64,000 bases of DNA from Calditrichia bacterium (GTDB lineage: Bacteria; Calditrichota; Calditrichia; JAJRVZ01): NCBI GenBank assembly GCA_963796965.1, contig CAWCNS010000005.1:256001-320000 (forward strand), in the 5' to 3' direction. The notes beneath the pieces were generated by a model. That model was not told the origin of the DNA. It did not search any database and worked only from the letters and a program-made list of their open reading frames with translations. Both the position numbers and the translations under genes were made by a program. Positions 57,342 to 64,000 of this stretch are shown in pieces. Every line of letters begins with the position of its first letter. The first letter of the stretch is position 1.

Positions 57342-57504
57342 ATGCCTATTTTTAATAAAATCTTGTGAAAATCGGAACTAAATAGCGTTTGAATCGTGCA
57401 ATGACTGACTAAGGAAGAAAAAATCCCCTTAGAAATTCCCCTCATATTCCTTATTCCGATCAAGATATATATAATATTCAAATCCATTGAATACGGGAGG
57501 TTAT

Positions 57505-58646
57505 ATGGCCAGCTTGGAAAAGCGCAATAAGAATTTATATCGGCTTCGCTGGATTGAAAATGGTGAGCGAAAGCAAAAGACGTTCAATGCTGATAGCTAT
57601 AAAGATGCTCTGGATAGAAAGAACAAAAAGAAGAAGAATTGCTGAGAATGAAAAGCAGCAGTTTTCGACTATCCGAACTCTGGCAATTATATAAAAAAGC
57701 CCGGCCAAGACGAAATAATGAAAAACACGAAGAAGCATTTGTTAAACGGGCAATTGAATTCTATTCGGATTGTTTTATATATGAAATCACGGAAAAATCC
57801 GTAAATGATTATAAGATTTGGTTACAGAAACAAACAAATAAGAATTATAAAAATAAGAAGGTTTTACTTTCCCCGACATATGCTAATACCTGTCTAAAGA
57901 AATTACAGGCGGTTTGGAATTTTGGCAGACAGGAAAGATATATAAATCGTGAGAACGATATTTTTATTGATTTTAAGTTTCCTCCTGAAAACAAAAGAGA
58001 GTTTGTTTTATCTACACAGGAATTCAACCATCTATATGAGACAACAAAGAATGAAAATCCTCTTTATGCCGAATTCATGAAACTGCTTATCCAAACCGGA
58101 TGGAGAAGGGGAGAGTTAGCGAAATTACAATGGAAAGATATAAATGATAAACACATTGTTCTGCGAAACACAAAAGGCAAAGGACAGGACGATTATTATC
58201 CAAAATTCAGACTTTGTTAAAGACACATTACAAAACATATATAAGTTACAGAAGCGACATTCAAAATATGTTTGGGCTGATAATAAAGGACACCGTTTAG
58301 CCAAAGTAACAATAAGCCAGAGTAGTTTCAAGATATATGAACAAAGCTGGCTTTCCTGAAGGAACGGCACACACTCTCAGGCATTCATTTGCCACAAACG
58401 CACAGGCAAATGGATTAAGCATATATGAAGCCAATCTTGCTTTTACGGCAAAGTTCAATCAGGATGACCGAAAGATATACGCATTTAATTCCTGACCAAA
58501 TTGATGAACGAAAGGTTGATTTCTTGAAACAAGAAGAACCAACTTTTGATATTAACAATCAAAAATATAAACCAAATCTCAATTGCACCGGAAATATTCC
58601 AACCAGTTGGATAAAGAGATTCTATTCAGGGAACCTTAGCGTCTAA
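57505..58646 (+). CDS. Phage/island-type tyrosine recombinase, split by several frameshifts (possibly a pseudogene)
   Basis: RBS gggagg, MASLEKR..YRLRW arm-binding N-terminus; TGWRRGEL, NTKG, HTLRHSFAT, SIRMTERYTH; no IntI-specific insertion seen. Confidence 0.8.
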
Positions 58647-58653
58647 AAAATAG

Positions 58654-58762
58654 TTTAAACAGAGAAGGCGATCAAGAATTCGGCCACATGGGCCACCCCG
58701 TATAAAGAACGGCAATACGGGGGAATCCGTGTGCGACTTCTTGGTCGCCTTTTTTGTTGGCG
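58654..58762. other. Long imperfect hairpin, possible atypical attC at the array end
   Basis: aac-agagaaggcgatcaagaa...ccccgtat/atacgggg...ttcttggtcgcctttttt-gttggcg. Confidence 0.4.
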
Positions 58763-58795
58763 ACCGACTATAGAAAATAAAGAGAGGAGATTATA

Positions 58796-59092
58796 ATGCA
58801 CACAAGTAATGAGAGAAGAGAGATATTCCAAGAAGTAGCAGACACTTTAAGTCGTATTGGCAAACCAATAACATTAGATACAAAGGTTGTTGACTTAAGT
58901 TCATACGCTGAAGAGTGTGGTGACTATGATTATATGGATGTCAGAACATTGATAGGAAAAATGTGGCATGTAACAGATATTATGCCATGGTTGACCTGTG
59001 AAGCAATAGATGATTGCTGTCCATATGGATATTCAGTTCCGCAGGGTTCAACATATGCGAAAGGTGCACGAACGCTTAGAAATATAATATAG
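58796..59092 (+). CDS. Hypothetical protein (98 aa), probable gene cassette
   Basis: RBS gaggag; bounded by GTTGGCG (58756) and TCCTAAC (59106). Confidence 0.6.
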   Translation: MHTSNERREIFQEVADTLSRIGKPITLDTKVVDLSSYAEECGDYDYMDVRTLIGKMWHVTDIMPWLTCEAIDDCCPYGYSVPQGSTYAKGARTLRNII

Positions 59093-59105
59093 CATCAGCA
59101 GTCGT

Positions 59106-59288
59106 TCCTAACGGTGTTGCGTGTCGGCGATTTCAAATCTCCTTAGTCGTCGTTATCTATTTTTATCACCGTTTCGAGCGCACACGCACGAACTGGAATA
59201 AGCTGCTGTATCAAATATAACTTTTTATCTAAAAACAGATAATATCCCGATCGAGATTTGGATTGGGCACAAACCATGTATTCAGGAA
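59106..59288 (-). other. Degenerate long attC-like site
   Basis: Minus strand ends ...gccgacacg-caacacc-GTTAGGA; inner stems caaatctc/gagatttg and ttatctattttta/taaaaacagataa; R'' side decayed. Confidence 0.45.
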
Positions 59289-59320
59289 GTCTTTGTGTTC
59301 ATGATAGATGCTATTTGAAT

Positions 59321-60681
59321 TGTCCCTCCCGTAAATTACATCCGGTTACATTGAAAGCCTGAGATTGATGACAAAGTAGTGATAAGAAATCAATTTTCTA
59401 CGACTTTTATATTAATATCTAGAACGGAATCAGTTAAATACCAGATTGAAGGATCCCAAAGTTTTACTTTGGTGATCATTTGAGAAAGGGTATATCCTTT
59501 AATATATACAGATAGGGAATATTCTTGTTCTAAAAATTTAATGACTAAAATAGGTTAGGCAACTCTTTTATAGAGATGATGCAGGCCACCAACTTGTGGG
59601 ATGGCAATAACTTTACCTTTAGATTTTGGTTCGATCTTTCGTGGGATAGGGGAGTTCTTTGATAGAGAAAGATGAGTTCTCGCGTTCAGATAATAATCGC
59701 GATAAGAAGTCAGGATTTTGTGTAGGTGTTTCTGGTTAAAGATGATTACATGATCCAGACATTCTCGGCGAATTGAACCAATTAATCTTTCTACAAAAGG
59801 ATTCTGCCAAGGAGATTTAGGTGCTGTGACAACTTCTTTAATACCCATGTTGTTGACAGTTTGCTGGAAAACCTGTCCATAGGTAGAATCCCGATCACGT
59901 ATCAGATATTTTGGGGATTGATCATAAGGAAATGCTTCTTTGATTTGTTGTGCTGTCCACTGAGCAGTAGGATTGGTGGTGATATTGAAATGTACAATCT
60001 TTCGCTGTTCATGTCTTAATACGATAAAACAATATAGGATTTTGAAAGTTACTGTGGGTACTGTAAAAAAATCAATGGAGACGATTTGATTAGTATGGTT
60101 TTTAAGGAAAGCCTTCCATGTTTGCGATGGTGGTTTTGGCTTTCTACCAGGTATTTTGATATGGTTGATTCTACAATATCGTAACCTAAAAGTTGAAGTT
60201 CTGCATGGATTCTTGGTGCTCCCCAGGTAGGATTTTCATGAGCCATTCGTTTAATCAGGTCCCGGATTTCTTTACTAACTTTTGGCCTACCTGGTTTAGA
60301 TCTGGATTTCCAGCGCCAGTAAAGCTTGAATCCTTGCCGATGCCATTTGACAACGGTTTCAGGCTTAACAATAAAAAGAGTGGATTTCCAATCATTCCAT
60401 AACTGGGAAAGCATGTACCAGAAGAAGCGATCTTGGTTCCGCAGTTTGGTGCGTTTGATACTTCGTTGTTGAACTACTAGTTGTTGTCGAAGAGCCAGAT
60501 TTTCAAGAACAAGATTATTACGATTTGTAAAGGTTAATCTGAAAATCCAAAAGATAAGTTCGAAACCCAGTTTCAATATTGAATTCTCCAAAAAACTCTT
60601 AAATAATTTGGTGTAAATAATAATTTTAGATTTTACTTAAGTAGTTGATATTAAACAAGTACGGAATTTACGGGAGGGACA
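59321..60681 (-). mobile_element. IS element with rve/DDE transposase and perfect 17-bp TIRs (TGT...ACA ends, IS481/IS3-like superfamily)
   Basis: TGTCCCTCCCGTAAATT at 59321-59337 and its reverse complement at 60665-60681; no target duplication visible. Confidence 0.85.
59555..60591 (-). CDS. Integrase-core (DDE) transposase; frameshift near 60145
   Basis: ENLALRQQL, WGAPRIH.EL, SIDFF, IRDRD, SPWQNPFVERLIGSIRRECLDH, GGLHH.Y. Confidence 0.85.
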
Positions 60682-60765
60682 GGCCGGCCACAATTTTTCA
60701 TAAGCCACAGAACACTAGGAACGGATCCCACGCGCCCTCCGGTCCACTTGAGCAGATGGTTAGGC
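60682..60765 (-). other. attC site, R''-L'' half and loop; truncated at L' by the DDE IS
   Basis: Minus strand GCCTAAC-CATCT-GCTCAAGT-GGACCGG...CCGGCC then the IS end. Confidence 0.75.
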
Positions 60766-60778
60766 ACGAATTTTGAAA

Positions 60779-61204
60779 TTATAACCATAATAGGTCTGAC
60801 CAAGAATAAATCCAAATTGCAATTATTGGTAGTCGAGTAACTGATTCCAATCTTCTTCTGGTTATGGATTCATTAATGTTATGAATTAATTGGTGTTTAT
60901 TACTACTCTCAATCTCATCATTTTCAAATAACATAGAGATAAGTATAGATATCAGTACAATTGTTGATAAAACAATTATGATAATCCATAAAAATGGAAA
61001 TTTTGCATATAGAAACGCTACAAAAAAACAAATCATCGATCCAAGTAGATATGGAATGTAGTATTGATAGAACTTATTCAATCCCATTTTTTGTATAATT
61101 TTTTTCTTAAAACTCTCATACTGGTCAGCGAAAAATAAATCCCGAAAAAACCATATTATCTGAAAAAACAAGTATGATATGAATGCTGTATATTCTATGA
61201 TCAT
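60779..61204 (-). CDS. Hypothetical membrane protein, integron gene cassette
   Basis: Hydrophobic ORF flanked by complementary core sites GTTAGGCAC (60759) and GTGCCTAAC (61236). Confidence 0.7.
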   Translation of the reverse strand: MIIEYTAFISYLFFQIIWFFRDLFFADQYESFKKKIIQKMGLNKFYQYYIPYLLGSMICFFVAFLYAKFPFLWIIIIVLSTIVLISILISMLFENDEIESSNKHQLIHNINESITRRRLESVTRLPIIAIWIYSWSDLLWL

Positions 61205-61333
61205 AATTAATTTTAATTGATGGGCATTCCTCTGAGTGCCTAACGGTCACGCTTAAGCGATATTTTATAAAAGGTCCCCCAATAATATAAATTATGGTTA
61301 CCCAACCAATAACATAACATAAGGAGACCTTTC

Positions 61334-62387
61334 ATGAATTACGCTCAAATTAATCAACGTTATTTATGCGGCATTGACCTTCACGCCAACAGCATGTATC
61401 TGAAAATCATTGATCGTGAGGGTCAGGTTCACTACAAACGTAATATGCCAAACAATTTTGCACTATTTCAAGAAAATACTGACGCCATATCTTCCAGACA
61501 TTGCCGTAGGTGTGGAGTCGACATTCAACTATTACTGGCTTTATGATGGTTGTTTAGAGGCCGGTATTCCATTTTATTTAGGCCATGCCGCTTATATGAA
61601 AGCGATTGCCGGAAATAAGAAGAAGAATGATCCCCTAGATGCAGAAACGATCGCTCATCTGATGCGCAGCAACCTGTTTCCGCAAGCCTATCCCTATCCC
61701 GGGGAAATGCGGGCCGTCCGTGATCTCCTGAGGCGTCGTCACCGTCTGGTACGTCACCGCAGCGAAGCCTACACCCATGTTCAATTGCTATTGCGCCAGC
61801 AAGGTATCTGTGATTTTCGTGGCAAGGATGTAAAGAGTGAATCCGGAAAAGAGCAGATATTGAAAAGTCTTGCCGACCCGGATGTTTATTATCTGGTTAA
61901 TAGCGATATACTGTTAATTGATCAACTGGATAATCTTTTGAGCGAAATAGAAAAACAGATAAAGACGAGAGCCTCTCAGCACAATGGTACGGATTACAGT
62001 TTACTTAAAACTGTCACAGGAGTAGGTGATATGCTGGCACTTTCGATTCTTTATGAGACCCATGATATCAATCGTTTCCCAAAGGTGCAGAACTATGCTT
62101 CCTATTGCCGGGTTATTCGTGTGCAAAGAACTTCGGCCGGCAAAAACCAGTATGGCAGAAACCAAAAGATGGGCAATCCCTATTTGAAATGGACCTACGG
62201 TCAGATACTCGTCCATGCCCGTCAATCCAGTGAGCGGATCAATGCTTATTATCAGAAACTGGAAGCCAGGCGCTGCGCGAAATTAGCCCGTGGTATCATC
62301 TCTCATAAATTTGCTGTGGCCGTATATCATATGCTAAAGAAAAAAGAGGCATTCAATGAAGATCGTTTTCTCAAGGTGGCATCTTAG
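61334..62387 (+). CDS. IS110-family DEDD recombinase/transposase; frameshift near 61465
   Basis: GIDLH, VGVES, KND..DA, GVG, TSAG (catalytic Ser), GNPYLKW; RBS aaggag. Confidence 0.9.
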
Positions 62388-62950
62388 AAGATCCGTGGCC
62401 GGCCTGGACGGATAGCGCTCTTCCACGTATAGCACAATCCAGTCTCACTTAAGCGATTGATCCGGGATGTCTACCTTGTCATATCACTGGCGGACAGAGA
62501 CCTGAGTTTAATAAAGAACATCAGGAAAAGATGATGTGTAAGGAGCTGTTTGTGGAAGAACAGACTCTATGCTTTAGATCCATAAACCGGGTCTCTGTCC
62601 TATAGTTAAACATAGCAAACTGTGATCTTTATTTTCTGGTCATCTGCCCGTGACCACAGCACTGCTTTATCGCTAACACTGCCTTTTGGTGGTAGTTCTA
62701 ATAAATCGAATGGCGTGGTTAACGGTACCGTAATATTTCTGTGTCTGCAAACTGGCAGACGCCTGTGCAAAAAAACATGCACAGGAGAATCCAATATGCG
62801 ACTGGTGCGGATGATTGAAGACAATCATTCAGCCTCAATATAGAATAGCGAGTCAGAAGAAGGAAAAGAGAAGATTGCAGGGTGTTTTTGATGCAAAATC
62901 AAATAAAAGTAGATAAAAATCGAAAGGGAATACTGTTTTTTCTTGACTTT
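62388..62950 (+). ncRNA. Candidate bridge RNA / seekRNA of the IS1111 element
   Basis: Multiple stems; CTTAAGCG (62448) equals target-left plus core; AATATGCGA (62793) equals the donor circle junction. Confidence 0.65.
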
Positions 62951-63120
62951 GGACCTTTAATATGCGGCGCGCCACAGACTGGGGTAGGGCACGATTTCTA
63001 GGAATCATGCCACGCGTTTTCGCGTCCGCTTCAAGCGATGGTTAGAAACACCATTTTTTATTTGTAAATTTTTAATTCCTGTTTATTTTATTGAAACATT
63101 ACACACTAATATGTAGTTAA

Positions 63121-63300
63121 ATGACTAAACGAGAAATTGAAAAATTGTTAAAAAAGGCCGGTTTTATCAAAAGATCCGGTGGAAAACATGATATCTGGAT
63201 AAAAAGTGGATGTCCCCCGATTCCTGTTCCAAGACACAAAGGGGACATCCCAATCGGTACTGCAAAAAGTATCCTGAAAGCAGCAGGATTGGAGAAATAA
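63121..63300 (+). CDS. hicA: HicA toxin (59 aa, not in the ORF track)
   Basis: MTKREIEKLLKKAGFIKRSGGKHDIW...IPVPRHKGDIPIGTAKSILKAAGL. Confidence 0.9.
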   Translation: MTKREIEKLLKKAGFIKRSGGKHDIWIKSGCPPIPVPRHKGDIPIGTAKSILKAAGLEK

Positions 63301-63302
63301 AA

Positions 63303-63713
63303 ATGAAATATTATTATGCAATTTTTAAACATAGCAAAGATACTGTTGAAGTTGAATTTCCTGATTTAACCGGTTGTGTAACATTTGGTAGTAATCGGGA
63401 TGAAGCATTAGAAAATGCAACAGATGTTTTAGCTGCCTGGTTAGCAAATGCAGAATCCCAGTTTGTAAAAAAACCAAGTTCATACCAGGAATTAAAGAAA
63501 AAATACAAAAATGCTGATCTTATACCAATTGCGTTGGATGAGCAAATTCTTGAGTCATATGAGGAACTAAAAAGATTCAATGTGATTTTTCCCTCAAGAT
63601 TACTGAAAAAAGTGGACGACTTTCGAAAAAAAACCGGTCTTAAAAGATCTACTTTACTGAAAATAGCCACTGAAGAATATCTTGAAAAACAAAAATCCTC
63701 ATCAGTTCGTTAA
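63303..63713 (+). CDS. hicB: HicB antitoxin with C-terminal RHH
   Basis: YYAIF...VEFPDL.GC.TFG...EAL.NA; RFNVIFP..LL.KVD...RS.LL. Confidence 0.9.
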   Translation: MKYYYAIFKHSKDTVEVEFPDLTGCVTFGSNRDEALENATDVLAAWLANAESQFVKKPSSYQELKKKYKNADLIPIALDEQILESYEELKRFNVIFPSRLLKKVDDFRKKTGLKRSTLLKIATEEYLEKQKSSSVR

Positions 63714-63726
63714 TCTTGTGTGGTGT

Positions 63727-63800
63727 TTCTAACGGCCACTGCTAACAGGCGCGAGTTTTACCACAATTAAAATTCATGCCACAGCTGTAAGCGTCCTGTT
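63727..63800 (-). other. attC site, loop-L'-R' part; interrupted in L'' by a group II intron
   Basis: Minus strand AACAGGACGC...GCGCC-TGTTAGC-AGTGGCC-GTTAGAA. Confidence 0.75.
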
Positions 63801-64000
63801 CCGGGTAGAAGCGGCGGTTGCCCAGCCGCTCCCCCCACAGATCCGTACGTGAAGATTTCCCTCATACGGTTCCTCAGACATAACTTTGCTACCCACATTA
63901 GAATTCTTCAAACATCAAAATGAACAATTTGCGGCAACAGCAATGGGTACTTCTCCAGCATCTTCTCAAATTTAGCATAAGAAATATAACCATCCTGTGA
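63801..64000 (-). mobile_element. Group II intron 3' end (DV, DVI and IEP C-terminus), continues beyond the window
   Basis: DV GAACCGTATGAGGGAAATCTTCACGTACGGATC (63840-63872); DVI with bulged A in ..ctAcccgg; IEP tail SQDGYISYAKFEKMLEKYPLLLPQIVHFDV* ending at 63908. Confidence 0.9.

Larger units (their letters stand above)
61260..62963 (+). mobile_element. IS110-family, IS1111-type element inserted in attC
   Basis: Sub-terminal IRs tataaaaggtcc (61266-61277) / ggacctttaata (62951-62962); GCG core on both flanks; long 3' non-coding region; TTGACT -35 near the right end. Confidence 0.88.
61238..63047 (-). other. attC site split by an IS1111 insertion (halves 61238-61259 and 62964-63047)
   Basis: Reconstituted minus strand TTCTAAC-CATCG-CTTGAAGC-GGACGCG...CGCGCC-GCTTAAG-CGTGACC-GTTAGGC with extrahelical bases. 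Confidence 0.85.

Noticed and set aside
57505..58646. Integron integrase IntI
   Set aside because: Has an arm-binding-like N-terminus, lacks the IntI-specific insertion, and lies at the distal end of the array
62490..62496. GCGGAC as a right-target guide pairing with the other attC arm
   Set aside because: Mostly sequestered in a perfect 11-bp stem (ggacagagacc/ggtctctgtcc); 6-nt match is not significant
62716..62726. TGGTTAACGGT match to the attC R boxes inside the IS non-coding region
   Set aside because: Pairs with tatcgctaacactgcc upstream in a stem; probably chance
62606..62843. Short ORFs on both strands within the IS1111 3' region
   Set aside because: No RBS or family features; better explained as structured RNA

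Overview
AT-rich bacterial chromosome window. The gene content (T9SS-type C-terminal domain protein, TIGR03545/6 pair, Bacteroidota-like F0F1 operon) suggests the FCB superphylum, possibly Calditrichota-like; this is inference. Positions 1-57.2 kb are mostly core genome: crcB-DUF190, transporters, a GMC oxidoreductase, parAB-M23-bactofilin-atp operon, an ~11 kb TPR/ExbB/ExbD/TonB operon resembling the Agl-Glt motor core, aspS, a lipoprotein-LysM pair, phoH, thiolase, hbd, nusB, secA, a purine deaminase cluster, a cohesin-dockerin surface protein and gap-pgk-tpiA-secG-tRNA-Leu(GAG). From the tRNA to the end is an accessory island: a phage-type tyrosine integrase, then an integron-like cassette array on the minus strand (attC sites, two hypothetical cassettes, a hicAB cassette). 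Three consecutive attC sites are each interrupted by a different mobile element: a DDE IS with 17-bp TIRs, an IS110/IS1111 element, and a group II intron. The IS1111 element has a ~575-nt 3' non-coding region with exact matches to its own attC target and donor junction (bridge/seekRNA candidate). Many genes, including essential ones, carry single-base frameshifts that are most likely sequencing or assembly indels.
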